In this document: positions 18,881-28,773 of the stretch, piece by piece
How positions within the stretch are numbered: position 1 is the first letter of the stretch
Layout: every line of letters begins with the position of its first letter
Assembly (NCBI RefSeq): GCF_963518615.1
Contig: NZ_CAUQKC010000001.1
DNA: 64,000 nucleotides
Source: an uncultured Leifsonia sp.
GTDB lineage: Bacteria; Actinomycetota; Actinomycetes; Actinomycetales; Microbacteriaceae
Strand: one strand, 5' to 3'
The notes under the pieces: model-generated
What the model saw: only the letters and a program-made list of their open reading frames with translations
Told to the model about the DNA's origin: nothing
The model's database searches: none
Position numbers and translations under genes: made by a program

Positions 18881-20613
18881 CAGGAGTCCTTCCCCTCGGT
18901 CGAACGATCCGAGGACGTCGACGCCGCGGCGAGCTCCGCCGCCTTGCGCTCGGCGATCGTCTGGCGGCGCGCCGCCTCCTTGCCGCTGCGAGCGGCCTTG
19001 CCGGTGCTCACGCTGGTCGCCGACGGGCTGCGGAACTGCGCAGCACCGCGGTACACGGCGCCGAGCGCCTGCGGGTCGAGACCGGACAGCGGGTGTCCGC
19101 TCGAGAAGAAGCGCGTGCGCGCCAGCAGCTGGAGCGTGGGATGAGTGAACAGCAGCACCACGATCACATCGATGATCGTCGTCAGTCCGAGCGTGAACGC
19201 GAAGCCGCGGACGTTCGCCGCCGCGAGCACGTAGAGCACGATCGCCGCGAGGAGGTTGGTCGCCTTCGACGCGTAGATGGTGCGCCGGGCGCGCGCCCAG
19301 CCGGCTTCGACCGCGCCCTCGAGCGACCGGCCGTCACGCAACTCATCTCGTATTCGCTCGAAGTACACGATGAACGAGTCCGCCGTGAAACCGATCGCCA
19401 CAATCAGACCGGCGACGCCTGCCAGCGAGAGCCGGTAGTCGTAGTGCCAGGACAGCAGCGAGATCGTCAGCCAGGTGAGCACACCGGCGACGACGAGCGA
19501 GACGATCGTGACGAAGCCCAGCAGGCGGTACTGGAAGAACGTGTAGATCGCGACGAGGATCAGGCCGATCAGGCCGGCGATCAGACCGCTCAGCAGCTGC
19601 GAGGTGCCGAGCGTCGCCGAGATGGTGTCCTGGCTCTGCACCTTGAAGCTGAACGGCAGCGCACCGAACTTCAGCTGGTCCGCGAGGGCCTTGGCGCTCG
19701 ACTCCGTGAAGTTGCCCGTGATCTGCGGGCGGCCGTCGGTGATCGCCGCCTGCGTCGTCGGCGCCGAGATGACCTTGCCGTCGAGCACGATGGCGAACTG
19801 GTTCTGCGCGCCCTGCAGCGCGACCAGGCGGGTGGTCACGTCGGAGAACAGCTTGGTGCCGTTCGGGTTGAAGACGATGTTGACCGCCCACTGACCCGTG
19901 GTCACACCCTGGGAGGTCTGCACGAGGCCGGCGCTGGCGTCCTTGATGTCCTGACCCTTGACCTCCACGGGACCGAGCAGGTATTTGGCCTGGTTCTGGT
20001 CGTCACAGGTGATCAGGGGCTGGTCCGTGGGAGCGGACGAGAGGTCCTGGGTCTTCGCGTCGGAGCACGAGAACGCGTTGAACTCCGCCTGGAGCTTCGG
20101 GGTGACCCAGGCCAGGTCGCTGCCGTTCGTCGGGCTGGTCGACGGCGTCGACTGGAGTCCGGGAGCAGGAGACGGCGCCGGGGTCGACTTGCCGTCGGCG
20201 CCGACGACCTCGTTGCTCGGGCTTCCGGCGACCAGCACGGGCCGGAAGTCCAGCCGCGCGCTCGACTTCACGCGGTTGAGCGTCGCCTCGTCCGGCTTGC
20301 CGGGGAGCGAGACGACGATGTTGCGCGAACCCTCGGTCGAGATCTGCGCCTCCGAGATGCCGGAGGCGTCGATCCGCTGGCGGATGATCGAGACCGCCTG
20401 GTCGAGCTGCTGCTGCTCGATCGCCTGACCGTTCTGCACCTGCGGCGCCAGGATGATCTGGGTGCCGCCTTCGAGGTCGAGGGCCAGCTTCGGCAGCCAG
20501 GTGGCGTTGCTGAAGAGGACTCCGGCCGTCAGCGTGCCCAGAAGGACAACCACGATGACGCCGAGCCATGTCAACGAACGCCAGGCTTTTTTGACCGGGG
20601 TCGACTTTGCCAC
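18880..20613 (-). CDS. secD: Protein translocase subunit SecD
   Basis: 577 aa. Periplasmic-type loop with a low-complexity S/T/P insert, C-terminal six-TM SecD domain. Confidence 0.95.
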   Translation of the reverse strand: MAKSTPVKKAWRSLTWLGVIVVVLLGTLTAGVLFSNATWLPKLALDLEGGTQIILAPQVQNGQAIEQQQLDQAVSIIRQRIDASGISEAQISTEGSRNIVVSLPGKPDEATLNRVKSSARLDFRPVLVAGSPSNEVVGADGKSTPAPSPAPGLQSTPSTSPTNGSDLAWVTPKLQAEFNAFSCSDAKTQDLSSAPTDQPLITCDDQNQAKYLLGPVEVKGQDIKDASAGLVQTSQGVTTGQWAVNIVFNPNGTKLFSDVTTRLVALQGAQNQFAIVLDGKVISAPTTQAAITDGRPQITGNFTESSAKALADQLKFGALPFSFKVQSQDTISATLGTSQLLSGLIAGLIGLILVAIYTFFQYRLLGFVTIVSLVVAGVLTWLTISLLSWHYDYRLSLAGVAGLIVAIGFTADSFIVYFERIRDELRDGRSLEGAVEAGWARARRTIYASKATNLLAAIVLYVLAAANVRGFAFTLGLTTIIDVIVVLLFTHPTLQLLARTRFFSSGHPLSGLDPQALGAVYRGAAQFRSPSATSVSTGKAARSGKEAARRQTIAERKAAELAAASTSSDRSTEGKDS

Positions 20614-20681
20614 CTAGGAACTCAGCTTTCTACGAGCGCCCACGCGCCACAGCGGCGCGCGGAGCACAGAGGAGGATGCTA

Positions 20682-21095
20682 TCAGTCGTCGCTCTTGGAG
20701 CCGGGCTTCTTCGACGCGTCGTCGAGTCGCTCTCCGAACTCCGGCTGGTCGTGGTGGATCGCGGTGTCCTCGTTGAGCTGCGGACCGGCGGCCTCGGTGG
20801 CGGCGTCGTCCTCGACGACCTCCGGGGTCTTCGGCTCGACCACGCGGGCGAGCACCTGGCGGTGCACCTTGACGACGTGGCCGGGAGCGGTCTCGATGAG
20901 GGCGGTGTTGTCGTCCTCGTCGACGGAGACGAGGGTGCCGTACAGACCGAAGTTCGTCATGACCTCGGCGCCGGGCACCATCTTCGAGCGCGTCTCCGCC
21001 TGCTCCTTCTGCCGCTTGCGGCTGTTGCGGAACATGAAGAACACGAGGGCCGCCAGGATGACGACCATCACAATGGTCAACGGGTCAATGGGCAT
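20682..21095 (-). CDS. yajC: Preprotein translocase subunit YajC
   Basis: 137 aa. N-terminal TM helix, then the YajC core (GAEVMTNFGLYGTLVSVDED). Confidence 0.88.
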   Translation of the reverse strand: MPIDPLTIVMVVILAALVFFMFRNSRKRQKEQAETRSKMVPGAEVMTNFGLYGTLVSVDEDDNTALIETAPGHVVKVHRQVLARVVEPKTPEVVEDDAATEAAGPQLNEDTAIHHDQPEFGERLDDASKKPGSKSDD

Positions 21096-21151
21096 GAAGT
21101 CTGCCGAACCTTCCGGTGAAGTGTGGGGGCGAGCCGAATGGCTTCGTGAAA

Positions 21152-22189
21152 TTATAGGTCATCCATCAGTGATGGTTGCTGTGAGACCACCTGCTGAGGG
21201 CCGGAGAGCCCGAAGTGCCGCCACGCCGACGGTGTCGCCACCCGCCCGCGCGGTGTCCGGGAGAGCAGCCCGATGCGCACCAGGAACGGCTCGACGACCG
21301 ATTCGATGGTCTCCGCCTCCTCGCCGACGGACACGGCCAGCGTGTTCAGACCGACCGGGCCGCCCTCGAAGCGTTCGAGAATCGCGTGCAGCACGGCTCG
21401 GTCGAGCCGGTCGAGGCCGAGAGCGTCGACGTCGTACAGTTCCAGGGCCGCGCGCACCGCCGCGATGTCGGCGCCGCCGCCGTGCACGAGGGCGTAGTCG
21501 CGCACCCGCCGCAGCAGGCGGTTGGCGATGCGCGGGGTGCCGCGACAGCGGCCGGCGATCTCGGCCAGGGCCGCCTTGTCGATCTCGAACTCGAGCATCG
21601 TCGCGGCACGGGCGAGGACCTGGGTGAGCTCGGACTCGTCGTAGAACTCCAGGTGCGCGGTGAAGCCGAAGCGATCGCGGAGCGGGTTCGGGAGCAGGCC
21701 GGAGCGAGTGGTCGCGCCGACGAGGGTGAAGGGTGCGAGATCAAGAGGGATGGAGGTGGCACCCGCGCCCTTGCCGACCATGATGTCGATGCGGAAGTCC
21801 TCCATGGCGAGGTACAGCATCTCTTCGGCAGAGCGCGCCATCCGATGGATCTCGTCGATGAAGAGCACCTCCCCCGGCGTCAAGGAGGAGAGCAGGGCAG
21901 CGAGGTCGCCGGCGTGCTGGATGGCGGGGCCGCTGGAGAGCCGGAGCGGACGGCCGCTCTCCTGGGCGACGATCATGGCGAGGGTGGTCTTGCCGAGCCC
22001 GGGAGGGCCGGCGAGCAGGATGTGGTCCGCCGTGCGGTCCTGCATCTTCGCCGCGGTCAGAAGCAGCTGAAGCTGCCCTCGGACCTTGGCCTGGCCGACG
22101 AACTCGGCGAGGGTCCGCGGTCGAAGCGCTCCCTCGAACGCGAGCTCGGACTCCGACTCCAGCTCGGGGGCGGTGAGGTCCTCGCTCAT
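21152..22189 (-). CDS. ruvB: Holliday junction branch migration helicase RuvB
   Basis: 345 aa. [11 protein letters not shown] Walker A, LFIDEIHR Walker B. Confidence 0.97.
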   Translation of the reverse strand: MSEDLTAPELESESELAFEGALRPRTLAEFVGQAKVRGQLQLLLTAAKMQDRTADHILLAGPPGLGKTTLAMIVAQESGRPLRLSSGPAIQHAGDLAALLSSLTPGEVLFIDEIHRMARSAEEMLYLAMEDFRIDIMVGKGAGATSIPLDLAPFTLVGATTRSGLLPNPLRDRFGFTAHLEFYDESELTQVLARAATMLEFEIDKAALAEIAGRCRGTPRIANRLLRRVRDYALVHGGGADIAAVRAALELYDVDALGLDRLDRAVLHAILERFEGGPVGLNTLAVSVGEEAETIESVVEPFLVRIGLLSRTPRGRVATPSAWRHFGLSGPQQVVSQQPSLMDDL

Positions 22190-22809
22190 CGCGCACCCTG
22201 CTTCGCCGGGCCGAGGTGGGCGAGGGTCAGCCGCAGCAGCGCCTGGACGCTGTCTCGAGCCGTCTCATCGGTGTCCGCGACGACCTCGGCGACGGCCTCC
22301 GCGGCGATCTTCTCTGGCCAGCCGAGGCCGACGAGCGCGACGAGCACGCTGTCGCTCACCGACGATCCACGGCCGCTCGCCTTCGTCGCACGGGCGGGTG
22401 CGGTGCGCGCGGCGACCAGTTTGCCGGTCAGCGAGACCACGATCAGCTTCGCGGTCTTCGGCCCGATGCCGGAGACCTTGCGGAACGGCGCGTCGTCGTC
22501 GGCGGCGACCGCCGAGGCGATCTGGTCGGGGCTGAGCACCGACAGCACGCCGATGGCGGACTTCGGGCCGACGCCGGACACGCCGTTCAGGAGCTCGAAA
22601 ACCTGCAGCTGCTCGAGGTCGGCGAAGCCGAAGAGTGAGAGCGCGTCCTCTCGGACGATCAGGGAGGTGTGCACGAACGCTTCGTCGCCGACGCGGAGGG
22701 ACAGCACGTGATCGGGGGTGAGCTGCACGGCGAAGCCGACGCCGCCCACCTCGATCACGGCGGTGCCGCCGCTCGCGGAGAGGACGGTGCCGCGGAGGGA
22801 GGAGATCAC
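22186..22809 (-). CDS. ruvA: Holliday junction DNA helicase RuvA
   Basis: 207 aa. [10 protein letters not shown]-terminus and HhH motifs (GVGPKSA, GIGPKTA). Overlaps ruvB and ruvC by 4 nt each. Confidence 0.95.
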   Translation of the reverse strand: MISSLRGTVLSASGGTAVIEVGGVGFAVQLTPDHVLSLRVGDEAFVHTSLIVREDALSLFGFADLEQLQVFELLNGVSGVGPKSAIGVLSVLSPDQIASAVAADDDAPFRKVSGIGPKTAKLIVVSLTGKLVAARTAPARATKASGRGSSVSDSVLVALVGLGWPEKIAAEAVAEVVADTDETARDSVQALLRLTLAHLGPAKQGAR

Positions 22810-23405
22810 CTGGCCAGCCTACGTGTCGCCGCCGACGTCCGGCTGGAGCGTTCCGCGGCGCGCCACGCCGCCTGTGCCGGCGTGAGCGAGGTATCCGCGG
22901 AACCGGCCTGCGCCGGCGCGGCGACGGGGCCGCCGCGCCACGCGTGGCAGATCGCGATGGCGAGCGCGTCCGCGGCGTCCGCCGGCTTCGGAGCCTCGGC
23001 GAGGCCGAGGATGCGCGCGACCATCGCCTGCACCTGCTTCTTGTCCGCCGAGCCGTATCCGGTGATGGCCGCCTTGACCTCGCTCGGCGTGTGCAGCGCC
23101 ACCGGCAGGCCTCGGCGGGCCGCCGCGTGCAGCGCGACACCGCTCACCTGCGCAGTCCCCATCACCGTGCGGAGGTTGTGCTGCGCGAACACGCGCTCGA
23201 TCGCCACGACGGCCGGACCGTGGGCGTCCAGAAGCTCGTCGATTCCGGTCCCCACCGTCAGCAACCGCTGCTCGAGCGGCATGTCGGGCGGGGTGCGGAT
23301 GACCGTCACCGCCACCAGCGCGGCACGCCGGTCGGGACGCACGTCGACGATCCCGATGCCGCAGCGCGTCAGACCCGGGTCGATACCGAGCACCCGGACC
23401 GTCAT
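22806..23405 (-). CDS. ruvC: Crossover junction endodeoxyribonuclease RuvC
   Basis: 199 aa. [13 protein letters not shown]-terminus, C-terminal [12 protein letters not shown]. Confidence 0.95.
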   Translation of the reverse strand: MTVRVLGIDPGLTRCGIGIVDVRPDRRAALVAVTVIRTPPDMPLEQRLLTVGTGIDELLDAHGPAVVAIERVFAQHNLRTVMGTAQVSGVALHAAARRGLPVALHTPSEVKAAITGYGSADKKQVQAMVARILGLAEAPKPADAADALAIAICHAWRGGPVAAPAQAGSADTSLTPAQAAWRAAERSSRTSAATRRLAR

Positions 23406-23414
23406 CGCGACCTT

Positions 23415-24179
23415 CTAGTCGTCGTCGTCCGCGAGCTGAGCCTGCACCTCGGCGCTCAGGTCGAGGTTGGTGTACACGTTCTGGACGTCGTCCGAGTCCT
23501 CGAGAGCGTCGATGAGCCTGAACACCTTGCGCGCGACCTCGGCGTCCGCCTCGACGTTGACCGTCGCGACGAACTCGGCGTCGGCCGAGTCGTAGTCGAT
23601 CCCTGCCTCCTGCAGCGCCGTGCGGGCGGCGACCAGGTCGGTCGCCTCGGTGACGACCTCGAAGGTCTCGCCGCGGTCCGTCACGTCCTCCGCGCCCGCG
23701 TCGAGCACGGCAGCGAGCACCGTGTCCTCGTCGACGCCGTCGGCGTGCGGGACGACGATGACGCCCTTGCGGTGGAAGTTGTACGCGACGCTGCCCGGGT
23801 CGGCCATGGTGCCGCCGTTGCGCGTCATCGCAGTGCGGACCTCGGCGGCCGCGCGGTTCTTGTTCTCGGTGAGGCATTCGATCAGCAGGGCGACGCCGCC
23901 CGGGCCGTAGCCCTCGTACATGATCGTCGTGTAGTCGATGGACTCACCGGTGAGCCCCGCGCCGCGCTTGATCGCGCGGTCGATGTTGTCGTTGGGGACC
24001 GAGGTCTTCTTCGCCTTCTGCACGGCGTCGACCAGGGTCGGGTTGCCGGACAGGTCGGCGCCACCGATCTTCGCGGCCACCTCGATGTTCTTGATGAGCT
24101 TGGCGAACGACTTCGCGCGGCGGGCGTCGATCACCGCCTTCTTGTGCTTGGTCGTGGCCCACTTGGAATGCCCGGACAC
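23415..24179 (-). CDS. yebC: YebC/PmpR family DNA-binding transcriptional regulator
   Basis: 254 aa. [21 protein letters not shown] signature. Confidence 0.95.
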   Translation of the reverse strand: MSGHSKWATTKHKKAVIDARRAKSFAKLIKNIEVAAKIGGADLSGNPTLVDAVQKAKKTSVPNDNIDRAIKRGAGLTGESIDYTTIMYEGYGPGGVALLIECLTENKNRAAAEVRTAMTRNGGTMADPGSVAYNFHRKGVIVVPHADGVDEDTVLAAVLDAGAEDVTDRGETFEVVTEATDLVAARTALQEAGIDYDSADAEFVATVNVEADAEVARKVFRLIDALEDSDDVQNVYTNLDLSAEVQAQLADDDD

Positions 24180-24250
24180 TGGTGCTCCCTCGAGTTACGT
24201 CTTGAACCTGTCCATAGTAATGCCTCGGCACCCGTTGACCCGGCAGGCGG

Positions 24251-24871
24251 TCAGCGGTGCAGCAGCATCCCCCTGCCCGGATGGAACCGCGCGAACACCT
24301 CGGGCGCGAGCACGGCCGAGCCGGCGGTCGGCCCGATCCCGGACGGGTTGTGGAACACGGCACGGCCGGCGTCGTCCCTGCCGTGGACGAGGACCAGGTG
24401 CCCGCCCGTGCGCTCGTTCGGGCGCTCCGGCCAGCGGATCTCGGGCGAGACGGAGGCCATCGCCACCGCGTCCTCCCCCACCCGCGAGAGCCAGCCGGAG
24501 ACCTCCGCTCCCTCGAACACCTCGCCGTGGATGCCGTAGTCGGCGGCGATCCAGGCGAGGAACGGCCGATAGTAGAGCCCGTCGACGGTGTCGGGACGCG
24601 GGACCAGCGCGCCGGCGGCGACCGCACCGCGGATCAGCTCGGCCATCGGCACCGGCCCCAGCCCGGGACGCCACGCGCGCAGCACCGAGCGCAGGCAGGC
24701 CAGCCCGCAGACGTGCGAGGCCCAGTACTCGTATTCGCGCTCGGACGCGTAGCCGTCCGCCCTCCAGTCGTGGAACCGGCCGGGAGGCTCGCGACGCAGC
24801 ACGACGGCCGCATTGCAGCGCTCGTCGCCCCACTGGGACTCGTACGGGAACGGGCTGGGCTGTGGGCTCAC
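24251..24871 (-). CDS. Cytoplasmic C39-like (papain-fold) cysteine peptidase-like protein
   Basis: GTG at 24871 overlaps the pdxT stop (GTGA). 206 aa with PYESQWGDERCNAAVVL, SHVCGLACLRSVL and GGHLVLVHG...FHNPSG, resembling Gln/Cys/His/Asn elements of Peptidase_C39-like proteins. No signal peptide. The upstream part of ORF 24251..25222 is a shadow of pdxT. Confidence 0.6.
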   Translation of the reverse strand: MSPQPSPFPYESQWGDERCNAAVVLRREPPGRFHDWRADGYASEREYEYWASHVCGLACLRSVLRAWRPGLGPVPMAELIRGAVAAGALVPRPDTVDGLYYRPFLAWIAADYGIHGEVFEGAEVSGWLSRVGEDAVAMASVSPEIRWPERPNERTGGHLVLVHGRDDAGRAVFHNPSGIGPTAGSAVLAPEVFARFHPGRGMLLHR

Positions 24872-25461
24872 ACCCGCGAGCGTACCTTCGCCAGGAAGTA
24901 CTCGTGGAACCGGGTGTCCCCGGTGATCTCCGGGTGGAACGAGGTGCCCAGCAGGTTGCCCTGCTCGACGGCGACCACGCGGCCGTCGTCGACGCGCGCC
25001 AGGGCGGTCGCCCGCTCCCCCACCGTCTCCACGATCGGCGCGCGGATGAACACGGCGTGCATCGGCTCCGCGCCGACGGCGGGGATGTCCAGGTCGGTCT
25101 CGAACGAGTCCACCTGCGAGCCGAAGGCGTTGCGGCGAACGGCGACGTCCAGGCCGCCGAGGCTCTGCTGGCCGGCGATGCCGTCCACGATGCGATCCGC
25201 GAGCATGATCAGCCCGGCGCACGTGCCGTAGACCGGCAGCCCGCCGGCGATCGCCTCCTTCAGCGGCTCGGCGAGGCCGAACGCGCGGGACAGCTTGTCC
25301 ATGACGCTGGACTCGCCGCCCGGGATGACCAGGCCCGCCACCTCCGAGAGCTCCTCGGGGCGGCGGACCGGGACGGCGTCGGCGCCCAGGCCGCGCAGGA
25401 CCGCGATGTGCTCGCGGAAGTCGCCCTGCAGGGCGAGGACGCCGACTCTCGTCGCTGGCAC
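24868..25461 (-). CDS. pdxT: Pyridoxal 5'-phosphate synthase glutaminase subunit PdxT
   Basis: 197 aa. VGVLALQGDFREH, catalytic GTCAG, HPE triad end. Confidence 0.96.
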   Translation of the reverse strand: MPATRVGVLALQGDFREHIAVLRGLGADAVPVRRPEELSEVAGLVIPGGESSVMDKLSRAFGLAEPLKEAIAGGLPVYGTCAGLIMLADRIVDGIAGQQSLGGLDVAVRRNAFGSQVDSFETDLDIPAVGAEPMHAVFIRAPIVETVGERATALARVDDGRVVAVEQGNLLGTSFHPEITGDTRFHEYFLAKVRSRV

Positions 25462-25468
25462 TCCGCGC

Positions 25469-26374
25469 TTACCAGCCGCGCTCGGCGAGACGGTGCGGAG
25501 CGGCCAGGTCGGCGACGTTGATGCCGACCATCGCCTCGCCCAGGCCGCGGGAGACCTCCGCGATGACGCTCGGGTCGTCGTAGAACGTCGTCGCCTTCAC
25601 GATGGCGGCGGCCCGCTGCTCCGGGTTGCCGGACTTGAAGATGCCGGAGCCGACGAACACGCCGTCCGCGCCCAGCTGCATCATCATCGCGGCGTCCGCC
25701 GGGGTGGCGACGCCGCCTGCGGTGAACAGCACGACGGGGAGCTTGCCGGTCTCGGCGATCTCGGCGACCAGCTCGTACGGAGCCTGCAGCTCCTTCGCCG
25801 CGACGTACAGCTCGTCGCGCGTCATCGACTTCAGGGCGTTGATCTCCGAGGTGATCTTGCGGATGTGCTTGGTCGCCTCCGACACGTCGCCGGTGCCCGC
25901 CTCGCCCTTGGAGCGGATCATGGCGGCGCCCTCGTTGATCCGGCGGAGCGCCTCGCCCAGGTTGGTGGCGCCGCAGACGAACGGGACCGTGAACCGCCAC
26001 TTGTCGATGTGGTTCACGTAGTCGGCGGGCGAGAGCACCTCGGACTCGTCGATGTAGTCGACGTCGAGCGCCTCCAGCACCTGCGCCTCGACGAAGTGGC
26101 CGATGCGCGCCTTCGCCATGACCGGGATGGACACCTCGGCGATGATCGCCTCGATCAGGTCCGGGTCGCTCATCCTGGCGACGCCGCCCTGCGCGCGGAT
26201 GTCGGCGGGCACGCGCTCCAGCGCCATCACGGCGACGGCGCCCGCGTCCTCGGCGATACGCGCCTGCTCGGGCGTGACGACGTCCATGATGACGCCGCCC
26301 TTCAGCATCTCCGCGAGCCCGCGCTTGACGCGGCTCGAGCCCGTCCCGGTGCCGTGTTCGGTGTCTGTCATCAT
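25469..26374 (-). CDS. pdxS: Pyridoxal 5'-phosphate synthase lyase subunit PdxS
   Basis: 301 aa. [14 protein letters not shown] and [10 protein letters not shown], highly conserved PdxS sequence. Confidence 0.97.
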   Translation of the reverse strand: MMTDTEHGTGTGSSRVKRGLAEMLKGGVIMDVVTPEQARIAEDAGAVAVMALERVPADIRAQGGVARMSDPDLIEAIIAEVSIPVMAKARIGHFVEAQVLEALDVDYIDESEVLSPADYVNHIDKWRFTVPFVCGATNLGEALRRINEGAAMIRSKGEAGTGDVSEATKHIRKITSEINALKSMTRDELYVAAKELQAPYELVAEIAETGKLPVVLFTAGGVATPADAAMMMQLGADGVFVGSGIFKSGNPEQRAAAIVKATTFYDDPSVIAEVSRGLGEAMVGINVADLAAPHRLAERGW

Positions 26375-26464
26375 CGCCCTCTCGTGTGGAACAAAGATTG
26401 TTTTGGCCTATGCCGAACGATAGCACCCCGGGGACGGCTGGATAGACTCGCAGGCGGAGGGGAT

Positions 26465-27829
26465 GTGGACGAACAGATCATCACCGGCTCGACCGCGTCG
26501 GAGATCGCCGCAAGCGTGCGCGCTCTGCACGAGCGAGGCGTGCTCGGCCGCGGCGACGCACTGCCGCCGGTGCGCGAGCTCGCCGCCCGGCTCGGCGTGA
26601 ACCGCAACACGGCGGTCGCGGCGTACCGGCAGCTCGCGCAGGCCGGCGTCGTCGTCGCGCGCGGCCGGGCCGGCACGGTCATCGCCGGCCTCGACGCCGT
26701 CGCGCAGGAGGGCTACGCGCCCGACAGCGTGCTGCGCGACATCGGGACGGGGAACCCCGACCCGCAACGCATCCCCGACCTCTCCGGCGCCCTGGCCGCG
26801 GCGGTCGGCCGGCCCGTGCTGTACGGCGAGCCGGTGATCGACCCCGCGCTGGAGCAGCGCGCGCTGGAGTGGACGGCCGCCGACCTGCCCGGCCACAGCG
26901 TCCGCATCACGGTCACGAACGGCGCGGTGGACGCGGTCGAGCGGCTGCTCGCCCAGGCCCTGCTGCGCGACGACGCGGTGGCGCTGGAGGACCCGTGCTT
27001 CCTCGCGAGCATCCACACCGTCCGGCTCGGCGGCTACCGCGCCGTCCCCGTCCCGGTGGACGATCTGGGCATGACGGTCGACGGGCTGCGGGCGGCGCTG
27101 GACGCCGGCGTTCGCGCGATCATCTGCACGCCGCGCGCCCAGAACCCCACCGGCGCCACCCTGACGCCGTCGCGCGCGGCCGAGCTCCGCGCGCTGCTGG
27201 CCGACCATCCCTACGTGCTCGTGATCGAGGACGACCACTTCTCGATGCTCTCGCAGCGCCCGTACGAGACGCTGATCGGGCCAGGGCACCGCCGGTTCGC
27301 ACTGGTCAGGTCGGTGTCGAAGTTCCTCGGCCCTGATATGTGCCTCGCCGTCGCGGCCACCGACCACGAGACGGCCGAGCGTCTCGCGTTCCGGCTGAGC
27401 CCCGGCACCACGTGGGTGAGCCACGTGCTGCAGCGGCTCGTGCTGGCGCAGCTCACGGACCGGGGCGTGCTGGAGCAGGTCGCCGCGGCGGGGCGGCACT
27501 ACGCCGAGCGGAACGCCGCGTTCGCCGCCGCGCTCAGCGAACGCGGTCTGCCCGCGGAGGCCGGGGACGGGCTCAACCTGTGGCTCGCGCTGCCGGTGGA
27601 GGCGAGGACGGTCGCCGACCGGCTGATGCGCCGCGGCTGGCTGGCCCGCACCGGCGACGAGTTCCTGCTCGGCGAGCACGCGGCGCCGTCGCACCACCTG
27701 CGGCTCACCGTGCACGACCTCGCCGAGGAGGAGGCGGCGCGGCTGGTGGACGACATCGCGGAGGCCGCCGGCGTCGAGCGACGGCAGCGGACGGAGGACG
27801 CCGCGCGAGGTGAAAGGATGAGGGGATGA
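26465..27829 (+). CDS. pdxR: MocR/GntR-family PLP-dependent transcriptional regulator (PdxR-like)
   Basis: GTG at 26465. 454 aa with an N-terminal GntR wHTH (LPPVRELAARLGVNRNTAVAAYRQL) and a fold-type-I aminotransferase-like domain (SVSKFLGPD). Divergent from pdxST. The upstream part of ORF 25295..27829 is a shadow of pdxS. Confidence 0.85.
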   Translation: MDEQIITGSTASEIAASVRALHERGVLGRGDALPPVRELAARLGVNRNTAVAAYRQLAQAGVVVARGRAGTVIAGLDAVAQEGYAPDSVLRDIGTGNPDPQRIPDLSGALAAAVGRPVLYGEPVIDPALEQRALEWTAADLPGHSVRITVTNGAVDAVERLLAQALLRDDAVALEDPCFLASIHTVRLGGYRAVPVPVDDLGMTVDGLRAALDAGVRAIICTPRAQNPTGATLTPSRAAELRALLADHPYVLVIEDDHFSMLSQRPYETLIGPGHRRFALVRSVSKFLGPDMCLAVAATDHETAERLAFRLSPGTTWVSHVLQRLVLAQLTDRGVLEQVAAAGRHYAERNAAFAAALSERGLPAEAGDGLNLWLALPVEARTVADRLMRRGWLARTGDEFLLGEHAAPSHHLRLTVHDLAEEEAARLVDDIAEAAGVERRQRTEDAARGERMRG

Positions 27830-28677
27830 AGATCCTCTCGATCCAGTCCGCGGTCGCCTACGGTCACGTCGGCAACTCCGCCGCCGTTTTCCCGCTGCAG
27901 CGCATCGGCGTCGAGGTGCTGCCCGTCTACACGGTGAACTTCTCGAACCACACCGGGTACGGCGCGTGGCGCGGCCCGCTGATCGCGCCGGACGACGTGC
28001 GCGACGTGATCACCGGCATCGAGGAGCGCGGCGTGCTCGGCCAGGTGGACGCCGTCCTCTCCGGCTACCAGGGCAGCGAGGGCATCGGCGACGTGATCAT
28101 CGACGCCGTCGCCCGGGTGAAGGCCGCCAACCCCGACGCCGTCTACGCGTGCGACCCGGTGATGGGCAACGCCAAGTCGGGCTGCTTCGTCGCCCCGGCC
28201 ATCCCCGTGCTGCTGCGCGAGCGCGTCGTGCCGGTCGCCGACATCATCACGCCGAACCAGTTCGAGCTCGGCTTCCTCACCGAGACCGAGCCGGACACGC
28301 TCGAGTCCACCCTGGAGTCGGTGGACGCGGCGCGCGCGATGGGACCGAGCACGGTGCTCGTCACGAGCGTGGAGCGTCCCGACCGGCCGGAGGGCACCAT
28401 CGAGATGCTCGCGGTCGACGACGCGGGAGCCTGGCTCGTGCAGACCCCGCACCTGCCGATGAAGGCCAACGGGTCGGGAGACGTCACCGCCGCCCTGTTC
28501 ACGGCGCACTACGTGCGGACCGGGGACGCGGCGCTGGCGCTGCGCAAGACCGTGTCCAGCGTGTTCGACCTGCTCACCCGGACCCTGGAGTCCGGCGAGC
28601 GCGAGCTCCAGCTCGTCGAGTCGCAGGAGTCCTACGCCCACCCCCGCGAGCAGTTCCCCGTCACCCAGGTCCGCTGA
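27826..28677 (+). CDS. pdxY: Pyridoxal kinase (PdxY type)
   Basis: 283 aa. ILSIQSAVAYGHVGNSAAVFPLQRIGV and the GSGD motif. ATGA overlap with the pdxR stop. Confidence 0.92.
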   Translation: MKILSIQSAVAYGHVGNSAAVFPLQRIGVEVLPVYTVNFSNHTGYGAWRGPLIAPDDVRDVITGIEERGVLGQVDAVLSGYQGSEGIGDVIIDAVARVKAANPDAVYACDPVMGNAKSGCFVAPAIPVLLRERVVPVADIITPNQFELGFLTETEPDTLESTLESVDAARAMGPSTVLVTSVERPDRPEGTIEMLAVDDAGAWLVQTPHLPMKANGSGDVTAALFTAHYVRTGDAALALRKTVSSVFDLLTRTLESGERELQLVESQESYAHPREQFPVTQVR

Positions 28678-28683
28678 CGAAGC

Positions 28684-28718
28684 CCGTCGAGTGGTGACAA
28701 GATGTCGCCACTCGACGG
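28684..28718. other. Strong hairpin in the convergent pdxY/HIT spacer (possible bidirectional transcription stop)
   Basis: 11-bp perfect arms ccgtcgagtgg / ccactcgacgg, with 3 further pairs inside. No clear U-tract on either strand. Confidence 0.45.
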
Positions 28719-28773
28719 AAATTGAAGCAACAACTCACCACTCGATCGAGTGCGACCGCTCGGGAGCGGCGCG

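Noticed and set aside
14807-19144. 1445-aa plus-strand ORF, the longest in the track. Similar very long ORFs are 393..1928, 6428..9187, 6646..9471, 29385..31904 and 55542..57143.
   Set aside because: All are antisense or out-of-frame shadows of confidently identified genes (relA/secDF, aroB, alaS, thrS, amtB). Their translations are Arg/Gly/Asp/His-rich low-complexity strings, typical of non-coding frames in very GC-rich DNA.
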